NCBI RefSeq assembly: GCF_030144855.1
Contig: NC_082712.1
Coordinates: 10,106,001 to 10,170,000 of the forward strand
Direction of reading: 5' to 3'
DNA from: Hypanus sabinus
Lineage: Eukaryota
DNA length: 64,000 bases
Shown here: in pieces, positions 47,930 through 61,469 of the stretch
How positions within the stretch are numbered: the stretch's first letter is position 1
Layout of the letters: every line of letters begins with the position of its first letter
Position numbers and translations under genes: made by a program
The notes under the pieces: model-generated
What the model was told of the DNA's origin: nothing
The model's database searches: none
What the model saw: only the letters and a program-made list of their open reading frames with translations

Positions 47930-48550
47930 ATATGGATGTGCAGCGCAGGGTGTATTGACTGGTTGTAGCACAGCCTGGTATGGAAACACCAAGCCCTTGA
48001 ACAGTAAAGACAACAAAAAGTAGAGATTACAGCCCAATCCATAACGGTTAAAAACTCTTCCCACGATTAAGCAGATCTACACTGAATGCTGTCACAGAAG
48101 AGCAGCATCAATCATCAAGTCCCCCAAGCCATCCTTCTTTCTTGCTGCTGCCAAAAGGAAGGAGGTACATGAGCCCCAGGACACACATCACCAGCTTCAG
48201 GAACAATTATTAAGACTTATCCTCCAGGCTCCTGAATTCAACTTCGCTCGCCGCATCACTGAACTGTTCCTACAACCTATGGACTCACTTTCAATGACTC
48301 TTCATTTCGTGTTCTTGTTATTTATTTCTTGTTCATTTATTGGTATTATTATTTTAATTGCATTGTGTGTTTTCTTTTGCACATGAGTTGTTTATCTGTC
48401 GCGTGTGCACATTTTCATGGACTCTACTGTGTTCCATTGTATTTACTGTGATTGTTCGCGAAAAAAGAAGAATCTCAGGGTTGCATATATGTACTTTGAC
48501 AATAAACTTACTTTGAAATTTGAACGCCAAGAAATTTAAATCTGCTGACA
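47930..48550 (+). mobile_element. Rex1/Babar-type 3' end
   Basis: VLTGCSTAWYGN peptide followed by the element's typical 3'UTR. Confidence 0.6.
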
Positions 48551-48889
48551 CTCTCAGACACCAATCGCCAGTGTTCAATCCCCTTCCCCTTCCTTCAGAA
48601 AACATTTAGTTTTGCTGACGTTAAACGAGAGTTTATTACTGCAGCACCACTCAACCAGGTGTCCCACCTCGCACCGGTATGTTGACAAATCACCCCTTGT
48701 TCCTTAGCTGAAACCATCAATAAAGCCGGGTCCTGGAAAATTAATGAACATGGATTGGAAATCGGTGCAAATGAGGGTCACGTCCTCTATAGTGTTACCG
48801 AGTCCACACTTGCAAGCCACATCTGGAAGGGAAAAGGCCTCGGCAGTCTACCACAATATGTTCTCACGTTCAGCTTCCCTCATGTTAAA

Positions 48890-50210
48890 CAATAGCCCAG
48901 GAAATTATAGACCAGTGAGTCTTACCTCAGTGTTTGGTAAGTTGATGGGGAAGATCCTGAGAAGCAGGATTTATGAACATTTGGAGAGGCATAACTATGA
49001 TTAGAAATAGTCAACATGACTGTAAAAGGCAGATCCTGCCTTACGAGCCTGATTGATTTTTTCAGGATGTGACTAAACACATTGATGAAGGAAGAGCAGT
49101 AGATGTAGTGTATATGGATTTCAGCAAGGCATTTGAAAAGGTACCCATTGCAAGGCTTATTGAGAAAGTACGGAGGCATGGGATCCAAGGGGACATTGCT
49201 TTGTGGATGCAGAACTGGCTTGCCCACAGAAGGGAAAGAGTGGTTGTAGAGGGATCATATTCTGCATGGAGGTCGGTGACCAATGGTGTGCCTCAGGGAT
49301 CTGTTCTGGGACCCTTACTTTTCGTGATTTCTATAAATTACTTGGATGAGGAAGTAGAGGATGGGTTAGTAAGTTTGCTGATGACACAAAGGTTGGAGGT
49401 CTTGTGGATGGTGTGGAGGGCTGTTAGAGGTTACAGGTGGACATTGATAGGATGCAAAACTGAGCTGAGAAGTGGCAGATGGAGTTCAACGCAAATAAAT
49501 GTGAAGTGGTTCATTTTGCAAAGTCAAATATAATGGCATAATGTAGTATTATTGGTAAGACTTTTGGCAGTGTGCAGGATCAGAAGGATCTTGGGGTCCG
49601 AGTCCATAGGACACTCCAAGCTGCTACGCAGGTTGACTCTGTGTTTAAGAAGGCATATGGTGTATTGGCCTTCATCAATCGTAGAACTGAATTTAGGAGC
49701 AGAGAGGTCACGTTGCAGCTATATAGGACTCCGCTCAGACACCACTTGGAGTACTGTGCTCAGTTCTGGTCGCCTCACTACAGGAAGAATGTGGAAGCCA
49801 TAGAAAGGTTGAGTGAACTCGGCCTTTTCTCCTTGGAGTGACGGACGATGAGAGGTGACATGGTAGAGGTGTATAAGATGATAAGAGGCTTTGATTGTGA
49901 GAATATTCAGACGCTTTGTCCCTGAAATAGTTGCCACAAAAGGGAACAGGTTTAAGGTGCTGGGAATTAGGTACAGAGGAGATGTCCGGAGTAAGTGTTT
50001 TACCCAGAGAGTGGTGAGTGCTTGGAATGGGCTGTTGGCAACTGTGGTGGAGGCGGATGTGATATGGTCTTTTAAGAGGCTTTTGGATAGGTATATGGAG
50101 CTTAGTAAAATAGAGGGCTATAGGTAAGCATAGTAATTTCTAAGGTAGGGACATGTTCGGCACAACTCTGTGGGCCGAAAGGCCTCTATTGTGCTGTAGG
50201 TTTTCTATGT
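48890..50210 (+). mobile_element. CR1 RT to 3' end
   Basis: [48 protein letters not shown] motifs. Confidence 0.9.
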
Positions 50211-50949
50211 TTCTAACACGAAGCTACTGTAGCTTGTAGGTCAACAGTGCCGGCCTCCGTTGGCCAAGGTCGACAATGAATGTTGTCCCTTAGCTGTCTA
50301 CTTGATACCCAGTCAAGGACAGTATAATCTGGAGAGCAATCATTTGCTCATGCAACGTGCTCCCTCTCCACGCAGCTTATGAATGCAAAGGTTCGGTAAA
50401 GGCTGACACAGTTTGGCACCAGCAGCTTCACAAATGTTGTTATTCTGCATTCGACCCAACGTAGAACTGCCTTAGGGACCCCAGATACTAAGTTTTCCCT
50501 CGAAGTTTGCTCTGAAACTCATCCCAATGAGTGTGTATAGCCACAAGGTAGTAGAGATTTATGATTAGAGGTTTCCTTCTCCTAGATGAGATGCCAATTG
50601 CAGCTGACGAGCCAGATTGGCCCGATCTGCTGGGGAGTGACCGTGAAAAGGAGCTGGACGATTGGGAAGCAAGAAGGCCCGAGAAGGATAACAGTAATCC
50701 GGAATGGATGCAAGAAAGGAAAGGGTAGTATACAATAGAATATAAGAAAGGGTTTGACAAGACCAAGGCATACGCCCGTTAAAGTATGCCAAATTCCTAT
50801 TCACATAGAGTGCTGATATAACTGTCAAGTTAGATCTGAAGGTCTCTACGTTATTACCCTTACCTACACAGGAAGGTAGTTTGTTCTATATGTCCCCAAC
50901 TCGCTGTGTAAAGTAATTCCTCCTGATGATAGACTGAAATCTCCCATTA

Positions 50950-51900
50950 ACCAGTCCTTGGTGATGGATTAGTTTTGTAGTAGCTGGCAACCACATTACT
51001 TACACCATTAATGATTTTGAACCCTTCTATCATGTGCTGTTTCATTCTACGTCCACGTAGGCTAACAGGATTTAATTCCTTCAATGTTTTATTCATGGAT
51101 CATACCTTACGATCATGGAATGAACCGAGTCGCCCCTTCTCTGGACCCTCACTGATGCATTCAGATCCTTCACAAAATATGTAGACCAAAATTATACACC
51201 GTCTTCAAGGTGTGGCATCATTTGGCTTAAGAAGAAGGTCTCGAGACTCGAACTGCACTCAGCGCATCATACAGCCCAGCATTCTGTTCGCCTTTCCAAA
51301 CGTCTCTGTGCATTTTTAGGCGTTGATAGTGATGTCTACCCAGACGCGACTATCCTCATACAGTGCATTTTCTAACTCAAGATCTCCATCTTATATTTAT
51401 ATCCAATATTTCTGCTTCGTACATTAAATACATTACATTTATTTACATTGAATTTCATCTGCCCACATCTGGACTTTTTTAGACCTAACTGTATTGATTC
51501 TGCTGCCTGAAAGTTTTCCGCCTGTCCCCCTAATTCTGCGTCATCGGCAAACTTAACGAGTTTATTTGTTATATGCTTATCCAAATCATTGCTGTAAATT
51601 AAGAACGGCAGTGGCCACAAAACCATTCCCTGCGGAACCCTATTTATAACATCGTTTACATCTAAAAAATGATCCTCGCACCATAATTCGATTTTGTTTC
51701 TGATTTTGAGCCCATGCTGGACCGATTCGCACACCTTCCTGTAATCTGATTATTAACCTCTATGTGGTACCTTCCAAAGCCTTCTGAAAGTGCAAGTAAA
51801 AGATATCAGCTACTTTATTGTCGTAAATTTTAATTGCCTCTTCATAGAACTCCAGTATACTAGTAAAGAAAGATTTCCCCTTTCTGAATCCATGCTGACT
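50950..51900 (-). mobile_element. Old CR1 RT fragment
   Basis: VPQGMVL...KFADDAELGG. Confidence 0.7.
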
Positions 51901-51919
51901 TTCTGCTATCTTTTTTTAG

Positions 51920-52200
51920 GCATCCGCAAATCTCATGAGACCACGGATTTGTGTCTTTGAAGGTTTCCAGGGTTGTATGGGAGGCCGACAGTTGCCCAAG
52001 CTGCAAACCTTCCCCTCTCCACGCCACCAACGTTGTCCAAGGGAAGGGCACCAGGACCCAAGCAGCTTGGCACTGGAGTCGTCGCAGAGCAACGTGTTGT
52101 TAAGTGCCTTGCTCAAGGACACAAACACTCTGCCTCAGCTGAGGCTCTAAACAGTGACCTTCAGATTACTAGCTCGATGCCTTAACCACTGGGCCACGCG
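51920..52200 (-). mobile_element. tRNA-derived SINE with a CORE-like segment
   Basis: Minus-strand head cgcgtggcccagtggttaagg (A box), degenerate B box, gtgtccttgagcaaggcacttaac. Confidence 0.65.
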
Positions 52201-52276
52201 CCCACACTTTCTGCTATCATACCAGCACTTATCAGCTGCTTTTCCCACTCATTCTTTATTATTACTTCCATTATCA

Positions 52277-52587
52277 TGTCATGGTCCCTTCTGGCAATCC
52301 CCCACCTTGCTATTTATCTCAGGAATTGGGACTCAATCCCCTCGTTTCGTTTCCAATCATTCCCAGGTGCTACTAACTGCACACACCTGCTTTCCATCAG
52401 AAACTACAGAATAAAGACCCTGTGATCACAAGGAGCTGCCAGTTCGTTGGTCGACTCTGGTGTGAGTAACCTCGTTTCATGGTTCCCAGGACTGCCAGTT
52501 CTAAGTCTAGCATCGCTCCTGGATACCAATTCCACGCTCGCTACGTCAATAACGCTTCCCGACTCTGCCTCCGCGCAGAGTGTAACA
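52277..52587 (+). mobile_element. Short solo LTR
   Basis: TGTCA...GTAACA ends, AATAAA near 52410, 5-bp flanks tatca/tgtca (one mismatch). Confidence 0.55.
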
Positions 52588-54508
52588 TGTCATGCCAGAG
52601 ATACACGTTACTTTTACTGGTCTATAGTTACCAGAGCCAGTGCGGTCACGCTTCATATGTACTGGACTGATACAAGATGCTCTCAACCGCGCAATGCGAA
52701 AAGCATTGAAAATAGGACGGTGGGGGCCAGGGAACTTAAAATCGTTGAAAAAATTCAAAGCATGGGAAGTGTCACGAGCACTTATCCCCCCTTGTTCAAT
52801 CTCTTCCCACCTATGTTCGTGACATTTCTCATGCTTTGAATTTTTTCAATGATTTTAAGTTCCCTGGCCCCCACCGTCTTATTTTCACCATGGACGTCCA
52901 GTCCCTATATACCTCCATCCCCCACCGAGATGGTCTCGAAGCTCGTCGCTTTTTTTTCGATTCCAGACCTAACCAATTCCCGTCTACCACCACTCTCCTC
53001 CGTCTAGCTGAATTAGTTCTTACACTCAATAATTTCTCCTTTGGCACCTCCCACTTCCTCCAAACCAAGGGTGTAGCCATGGGCGCCCGTATGGGTCCCA
53101 GTTATGTCTGCCTTTTTGTTGGCTTTGTGGAACAGTCTATGTTCCAAGTCTATACAGGTATCCATCCCCCTCTTTTCCTTCGCTATATCTGCGACTGCAT
53201 TGGCGCTGCCTCTTGCACGCGTGCTGAGCTCGTCGACTTCATTAACTCTGCCTCCAACTTTCACCCCGCCCTCAAATTTACCTGGTCCATTTCCAAGAAC
53301 TCCCTCCCCTTTCTTGATCTTTCTGCCTCCATCTCTGGAGATGGTTGGCTTATCTACTGATATCTACTATAAGCCTACAGACTCTCACAGCTACCTGGAC
53401 TATTCCTCTTCCCACCCTGACTCTTGCAAAAAGGCTATCCTCTTCTCACAATTCCTCCATCTCCGCCGCATCTGCTCTCAGGATGAGGCTTTTCATTCCA
53501 GGACGATGGAGATGTCTTCCTTTTTTAAACAAAGGGGCTTCCCTTCGTCCACCATCAACTCTGCTCTCAAACGCATCTCTCCCATTTCCCGCACAATTGC
53601 CCTCACCCCATCCACCCGCCACCCCACTCGGGATAGGGTTCCCCTTGTCCTTACCTACCACTCCACCAGCCTCCAGGTCCAACGTATAACTCTCCGTAAC
53701 TTCCCCCACCTCCAACAGCATCCCACTACCAAACGCATTCCCCCCCCCCCGCCATTCTGCTTTCCGCAGGGATCGCTCCCTACGTGACTTCCTTGTCCAC
53801 TCGTCCCCCCGCCCATCCCGTCCCACCGATCTCCCTCCTGGCACTTATCCTTGTAAACGGAACTAGGGCTACACCTACCCTTACACTTCCTCCCTCACCA
53901 CCATTCAGGGCCCCAGACAGTCCTTCCAGGTGAGGCGACATTTCACCAGTGATTCGGCTGGTGTGGTATACTGCGTCCGGTGCTCCCGGTGTGGCCTTTT
54001 ATATATTGGTGAGACCCGACGCAGACTGGGAGACCGTTTTGCTGAACACCTACGCTCGGTCCACCAGAAAAAGCAGGATCTCCCAGTGGCCACACATTTT
54101 AATTTCACGTCCCATTCCCATTCTGATATGTCTATATATCGCCGCCTCTATTACCAAAATGATTCCAAACTCAGGTTGGAGGAACAACTCCTTATGTACC
54201 GGCTGGGTAGCCTCCAACTTGATGGCATGAACATTGACTTCTCTAACTTCCGTTAATGCCCCTCCTCCCCTTCTTACCCGATCCCTGACATATTTAGTTG
54301 TTTGCCTGTTCTCCATTTCCCTCTGGTACTCCCCCACCCCTCCTTTCTTTCTCCTGAGGCCTCCCGTCCCATGATTCTTTCCCTTCTCCGGCTCTGTATC
54401 ACTTTCACCAATCACCTTTCCAGCTCTTAGCTTCATCCCGCCCCCTCCGGTCTTCTCCTATCATTTCGCATTTCCCCCTCCCCCCACTACTTACAAATTT
54501 CTTACTAT

Positions 54509-55307
54509 TGTTATGAATTTACCACAGCTTTGAGGGGCCGAAGGGTGCGTGGTAGCCCCCTCCTTTGTGAGAATCACAAGATCACTATTGAGTCAGTTCA
54601 GGAGGCCCAGGAAATGAGAGAAAGATGTTTGGAATGTCTTGACCCCTCCGGCGATATAAAGCTAAGGGAAACGGCCTTTGTCTCTTGGAGACGGAATTGT
54701 GTATTAAAATACTGTGCTTCGTGCAAAGTGGGCTGGTTGGTGGAGGGATTGCATCACCCCCAACCTGATTGACATCTGAGACCCGGTGAGTCAGGATAAA
54801 AGAGGGTCTGTGGGAACAGCCCCTCAGACGCACCAGAAGAAACGCTAGCGATTCCGTAATAGCGGAAGCCGGTGGGGGAGGCCACGTGCTTTCGGTTCCA
54901 TTTGCCCCGGAACTGGTGTCCTTTACCACGGAAGAACGGCTTTTAGCTAACAACGAGGACACCAACTCCCAACGACTCTCGAAGGATTGACATCATAGAA
55001 GGACTGGGCAAGTTTTAACCCGTCTTTCTCTCAAACCAAAACGCTGCAGCTTGAACGAACTAACAGTGACTTTTATATTTCCATCAGACAATACGTTATC
55101 CCCTAGACAACGATAGAGCTATTTCTTATGGATTATTATTATACCCGCGTTTTTAGATTTAGTATTGACGACGTATATTATCTGTATGTTTGCATTGATA
55201 TTATTTTATGTAATTTTATCAATAAATACTGTTAAAATAGTACCATCAGACTTCAACGGACCTCTCTATCTTTGCTGGTAAGTGGCCCAGTTACGGGGTT
55301 CATAACA
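54509..55307 (+). mobile_element. Solo LTR nested in the PLE 3' region
   Basis: TGTTAT...ATAACA ends, 4-bp TSD CTAT (54505-54508 / 55308-55311); empty-site sequence visible at ~40820-40850. Confidence 0.92.
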
Positions 55308-55326
55308 CTATCTTTCCTTTCGGTTA

Positions 55327-55360
55327 GTCCTGACGAAGGGTCTCGGCCCGAAACGTTGAC
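55327..55360 (+). ncRNA. Minimal type-I hammerhead ribozyme motif
   Basis: GTC-CTGACGA-A-GGG-TCTCGG-CCC-GAAA-C-GTT-GAC. Confidence 0.6.
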
Positions 55361-55474
55361 AGCGCTTCTCCCTATAGATGCTGCCTGGCCTGCTGTGTTC
55401 CACCAGCATTTTGTGTGTGTTGTTGTTTGAATTTCCAGCATCTGCAGATTTCCTCGTGTTTGCCAAGAGGTAAA

Positions 55475-55660
55475 TGTATTTTTTTGGACTCTGCGGCAGC
55501 TGGAAATTTCCTGGACTTTGAGACGGCCCGTCAGCTTAACCTGCTGCTGCAAGAGTCCAGCCAGTCCGTGCTCGCAACTGTCTTGGATGGCCGGCCGTTC
55601 AGTACAGGGCAGATCCAGCAGCACACAGTAATTTTGCCGATGAGGATAGAGAATCACGCG
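55475..55660 (+). mobile_element. Gypsy (Sushi-like) aspartic protease fragment
   Basis: IFLDSAAAGNFLD...LDGRP. Confidence 0.65.
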
Positions 55661-55789
55661 TAGGACATTAGTTTCTATTAGTTGTTAGCAATAAATCTTT
55701 ACACGTGTGTTACATTTCTATCTACCTAGCTATCCAGCAGTCTATCTTTATGTCTGTCTACCTAATGGATGCACATGAAACTCCATTTA

Positions 55790-56070
55790 ACGAATTGTGA
55801 GACTTCTAATGCCAATTGGCTACACGAGTGATGATTTGCTGTGTCGCATGATAGGGGGTGAATACGTTTGCAATCAGTTATTTTGTGGATCTTATTTATA
55901 ACTAATTTAGATAACTTTGTAGAGATCTGTTTTCACTTTGACACAGAAGAGTCTTTTTTCTGTGGATCAATGCAAAAAAAGCCAAATTAAATCCACTGTG
56001 ATTCAGCATTGTAAATCAATAAAACATGAAAGGTTTCAATCGGGTGAAGACATTTTTATAGGCACTACAT
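55790..56070. mobile_element. Tc1/mariner terminal fragment
   Basis: gccaaattaaatccactgtgatt...gggtgaa.ac.ttttataggcact resembles a Tc1 inverted repeat (from memory). Confidence 0.55.
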
Positions 56071-56459
56071 GTATTTATACACATTAAATTCACTGCTTGC
56101 TTAAACGACCAGCATGTAAAGATATAGAAAGATAGAAAACCTACAGCTCAATACAGGCCCTTCGGCCCACAAAATTGTGCTGAAAATGTCCCTACCTTAG
56201 AAATTACCGGGGTTGCTCATAGCCCTCTAGTTTTCTAAGCTCCATGTAACTATCCAAAAGTCTCGTAAAAGGCCCTGTCGTATCCACCTCCACCACTGTT
56301 GCCGGAACCCATTCCATGAATTCACCACTCTCTGCGTAAAAAAAACTTACCCCTGACATCTCCTCTGTACCTACACCCCAGGACCTTAAATATGTGCCCT
56401 CTTGTGGCAGCCATTTTAGCCCTGGGAAAAAGCCTCTGACGATCCAATGCCTTTCATCG

Positions 56460-57290
56460 CATGTGCTGGGGAGAGCACACAAGTGTTGCTACAATTAAAG
56501 GTTGGAGCTTTCCGAGAGCTGCACCGGAAACCAGACTCAATTCCACAGACACCTGCTTTCGAATCCACAAGTTCCCAGTTTCACCTCTCAGAAACAATCC
56601 CTCCTCTATCCATTCCTGTGCCTGACCCTTCAACATGCACGACCCAGCTGCACCTCCCTGTATCTGCCTCCTCTCCGCCCTCCCACCACTGTGACCACAG
56701 ATAACCTGTGTACACCAATCAGTCATCCGGCCCTGCTCCACCTGTAACACATTCAGTCTTGACCTTCCAGTTCTATGCTGGAAGCAAAAACCTCCAGTGG
56801 GATGTAAAGTAATTTCAGCTCCAGTCTGTAAGTTCATCACACTCGGAGGTCGAGAAATTTCTGCTGATCTCAAACTGCTACCATGCGCCTCGAGGCTGTG
56901 GCCTCAGGTTCTGAACTTTACAGTTATTATGATGAAATTCGTGTGAAGAATGAACCAGCTTTTGGTGCCTCAGCCTGAGACTGGCAGCAGGACCCTGCAA
57001 AAGCAAAGCTAGAGTACTTCACCAACACCTCGCTGTTTGGGCCTACTCACTTGCTGCTCTTTACTTGCTGACCCTAAAACATTAACGTTTGTTACTTGTA
57101 GGAGATCGGGAAACTGTTAAACCACAACACTGACACTTATGATTCAAGGCATCAGGAAGCAGAGCAGAGAACAAAGTTATTTCATAGAACTTAAAGGAAC
57201 AACAGCAACGTGTGCTTCTATGCACTCATCATATTCTGTGTAAAGCAAACTTGCACCAATTTGATATCTTCCACATCCCCGTCCCCCCAC
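56460..57290. repeat. Unclassified module, copy 2
   Basis: Same block order and orientation as copy 1. Confidence 0.8.
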
Positions 57291-57329
57291 CCACTCTCCC
57301 CACTCCCCTGGCCCACTCTGGAAATGGCA

Positions 57330-58160
57330 AGATTAACATATGGAGAGCATTTGATGGTTCTGAGACTGTATTCACTTGAGTTTAGAAAAATGAGATGGGA
57401 TCTCATTCACCCCTGTCGAATATTGAAAGGCCTAAATAGATTGGCCCTTAGGAGGGTGTTTCCTATAGTTAGCGAAACCAGTACCAGAGGTCAGAGCCTC
57501 CAAATATGACATCCATTGAGAACTGAGATGAGGAGGAATTTCGCTAGCCACAGGGTAGTGAATCTATTGAATTTGTTGCCACAAACAGCTGCGGAAAACA
57601 TGGCATTGCACATATTTAAAGTGGGTGTCGGTAGGTTGCTGATTATTCAGGACATCAAATATTATGGGGAGAAGGCAGAAGAACGGGGCTGAGAGGGATA
57701 ATAAATCCGTCAAGATGGAATGCTAGCGCAGTCTCCATGGACCTTTTGCCCAAGTTCTGCTCCTATGCTTTGAGGTCTTAATTGCAGCTGTCTTTATAAG
57801 CACATTGAGAACTCAGTAATGCAAACCCAGAGTCAGCAATGAGAAAATATACCTATCCAATTTTACCTTAAATGACACAACTGAACTGGCCTCTACTACT
57901 TCCACAGGAAGTTCATTCCACACAGTTATCACTCTCTGAGTAAAGAAATACTCCCTTGTGTTTCCCTTAAACTTCTGCCCCCTAACTCTCAAATCATGTC
58001 CTCTCGTTTGAATCTCCCCTAATCTAAATGGAAACAGCCTATTCACGTCAACTCTATTTATCCCTCTCAAAATTTTAAATACCTCGATCAAATCTCCCCT
58101 CAACCTTGTACGCTCCAATGAATAGAGACCTAACTTGTTCTCTGTAACTTAAGTGCAGAA
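57330..58160. mobile_element. Two opposed CR1 3' tails (+ 57330-57790, - 57820-58160)
   Basis: LRLYSLEFRKMR.DL and LRGDLIEVFKILRG...FFTQRVITVWN peptides. Confidence 0.75.
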
Positions 58161-59539
58161 ACCCAGGTAACAGCTTAGTAAATAACTAGACCTGATGACG
58201 GCCTGATTAGATTTTAAAGGTTTCAATAGGTAGATTTGATGTCAGAGAAATGTATACAATATACATCCTGAAATTCTTTTTCTTCGGAAACATCCACAAA
58301 ACCAGAGGAGTGTCCCAAAGCATGAATGACAGTTAAACATTAGAACCCAAAGCTCTCCCCGGCTCCTCGCTCCCTCGCACAAGCAGCAGCAAGGCAAAGC
58401 CTCCCCCCCCCCCAGCAAAGCATCAATAAAGACACAGACTTCTAGTGTCCCAAAGCCTATCCATTCGCCTGATACTTCAGGATACCATAGGCTCTCTCTC
58501 TCCCTAATAAGAGAAAAAGAGGTGCCCCCGCTTCTCAGCGAGAGGGGAGACATAACAAAACAACTCGCCTATTTATGGTGTTAAAAGTCTGTTGCGTCGC
58601 TTTTTCCAAGCTCTGTGCCCAAATAACTCAGGTCTCTGGGCGCACAGCCAGTGGCCAGATCTCTGCTTTCGATCTTCCATGTACTCCTACGACGCATCAG
58701 GCGGCGGCACCAACCTCGAATCAGCCCGCCTCCAGAGCTCCGAAATTCTGGCTCCCTGAAGGCGCACTGGTCTTCCAGGCCGCGTCTTTGGCATATCGAA
58801 AAGTGGCAGGCCGTGAAGCCCTGAGAGTGGGTCTCGTTTCCACAAAGAACTGAAGTCAGCGTATAACTCCAGATCAGGGTCTTCAAAATAACACTGAAAA
58901 GGAAAAAGAAGACTTAAAGATAGCAATTAAGCTGTTTCCGAAGATGCAAGTAAAGGAGTCGCGGTTAGGCATCATCATCCTAAACATTAGATGTTTGCAT
59001 TGGGTTTACAGGTGTACCTGACAAAGTGGCCATTAAATGCGAGTGACTGGTAATAAATTTGACTGGATTCTTGACAATCGAAAAAATCAAACTGCATCTG
59101 TAGTTTTAAATTTTCGAGCAAAAATCGTTGCCTTGGACTGTGGAACCATTTGAGGAAAAGCAATAGGAACAGGGAGCTCATGCACACAGTCATTGAGTCG
59201 AATCATCTACCGGGATCAGGATAACATCCCATCTACAGGCCACGTCACTCAGGGATTTGGGCTATATTTTTCGTGACTTTTTTCTGTTATCAAAACTATA
59301 TACACACAAGTACTTTGCTGCATCAGACTTTACGCTAATCTTTTGTTAACTCAAGACCCATCATCATATGTGACAGGGGCAAATGCCTCTCGTATATGGT
59401 TCACAATCTTTCTTTTTGCCATGGAGCAGTACCCTTAATAAAGGGGACCGTGGACTGTGAAACCCTGCTCTAGAATCTACGTAGAAAACTAATGGAGGAA
59501 ACTTTATTCTATTTTATCATTTAGAGATATAGCGCGGTA

Positions 59540-60390
59540 AATTCCCTGTTTCTCTATCTACCAGAATCTGTCCTCTTCCACCCACCCACCACCTGAGCCC
59601 AAATCACAGGTGTAGGCATCACGGCTGTCTGGCCCTGCTCCACCAGTCAACGTAGTCTTGACAGTATAACGGTTCAACGCCCTGTTCTCCTTAATCGTCA
59701 ATATCTTGGCATTAGGGAATTGTGGCGGACCTCAACCAGTCAGGCAGCATCCGGGGAAAGGATCAGACTGAAGGGTCTCAGTCTAACACGCCGACTGCTT
59801 ATTCCTTTCCACAAGTGCGCCCCTGACCTGAAGAGTTTCTCCGGCATGTTGTTCTGAGTGCTTTTCTGGATTGGTGTCATCTGCAGAAAATGTTCTATTT
59901 GTGATCCGTCATTGGAAAATTGTCTGCTTCTTGAATATATTTACTTGGAGACAACTCTGTAATTACATCACACAGAGAAATTTCTGCTTATCTCAGTGTG
60001 TTTTCATGTGTCTCGAGAGTTTATTCATTGGTTCTGGACTGCACAGTTAGTGTGAGGAAGTCACTGTGAAGAATGAAATAACTATTGTCACCTCACACGA
60101 AGAGTGAGAGAAGGATCCTCGAGTTTTTCACCCACAGCTCAATGTTTCGGACTTCCACTTGCTGGTGACCCTGAAATACTGACTTTTTTCACTGGCTGTA
60201 GAATTTTGAGGAACTGTTAAACCACAACACTAACATATCACTCAAAGGAGTCAGGATGCTGAGCAGAGCGCAAAATAATTCTTAGAACTTAAAGAAACTA
60301 TTGCAAATTGCGCCTCAGTGCACTAACCACATTCTGTGTAAAACAAATTTGCCCTGATCTTTAAACTTGACCCCATCCCACCCTCACGCC
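59540..60390. repeat. Unclassified module, copy 3 (contains a decayed PLE terminal repeat)
   Basis: Shared blocks as in copy 1; gaagggtctcagtc remnant at ~59770. Confidence 0.7.
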
Positions 60391-60399
60391 CAACACCCT

Positions 60400-61200
60400 C
60401 CATACAGATATGCAGGAGGGATATTAGTCGACCTTAAGAACTATTGGTTCATGGATGCAAAGAGTAATGGTTATGGCATCGCTTTAGTGTGCCGGCCAGA
60501 GATGAACAGCCACCGTCTGAAAGAACTTCGGATTAAAAACATCCGTATCCAACAGCCAAGTGGATGAGGAAATGGCTCTTTTCACAGGTGGCAGGAAGTG
60601 GCTAGAGTCCAACCAGAGGACCTTTTGTTTATTTCCCAGTTGTTCAAAGTCCACAGCAATGAATTCGATGAGGGACATAATTTTAACACCTCCAGCCCAT
60701 AGGGTGGCACAATGCTAGGAGGAGATAAGGAATCTTCAGTGTGATTCTGAAAAGATGGGCAAGTGGGCAAGTGGACAGCAGGTGCAGTTTAATGTGGACA
60801 AGTATGAGGCTAAATATGGAATTTTAGATTGTTTTCTCAATGGTGAGAGGGAGGGAAGAACTGGATGTTCCTGTACACTAAAAGTAGGAGCTCAGTAGTG
60901 GCAGATTGAAAGGCAAATATTTCGTAGGCATTTATTGCAAAGTGATTTGAGAATAGAAGGACGGGTGCTGTATCTATACGCGGCCTAAGAGAGAGTCTAT
61001 ACGAAGTTGATGCAGTTTTGATTTTGTCTGAGGTGGGGTGATTTATCAGGGAGCGACTGCGGTGAACGTTCATGAGGATCCCAGGATGAGCAGAACTGAT
61101 GCCTGAAGAGAGATTGAATCAGTTAGCCCCATAGTCCCGGGAGATGAGAGGAAAGAATGGGAACTCATTACAGCGTGTAAACTTCTAACAGGACAATACA
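60400..61200 (+). mobile_element. Very old CR1 RT remnant, paralogous to 10.6-11.2 kb
   Basis: GSFHRWQEV...NEFDEG...GGTMLGG aligns to the CR1 RT; collinear with 10600-11200. Confidence 0.65.
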
Positions 61201-61469
61201 GACGTGACAAGTTCAAAGTTGCTGAATGACAGGGAGACTGGAATCACAAAAAAAATCAGACACAAGAAAATCGGAAAGTCATTTGGAACCAGAATCAGAA
61301 ACATCTGCACCCAGAGTGCGGTAAGCTTATACTGTAAATATACTTTGACCTTTCAAGGAATCTGGAAGAACATACACAATTCGTCTATGATCACATTAAT
61401 TCAGATTCAGAACATTTATAGATTTATTACACGTGAAATGCACCATTTGTGTTAACGGCCAGCACTTAA

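Larger units (their letters stand above)
52707..55470 (+). mobile_element. Penelope-like element (RT + GIY-YIG endonuclease + terminal repeat), 5'-truncated
   Basis: MDVQSLYTSIP, GVAMGARMGPSY, FLDL, LYIGETRRRLGDRFAEHL, VATHFN motifs; frameshifted; terminal repeat with hammerhead motif. Confidence 0.92.
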
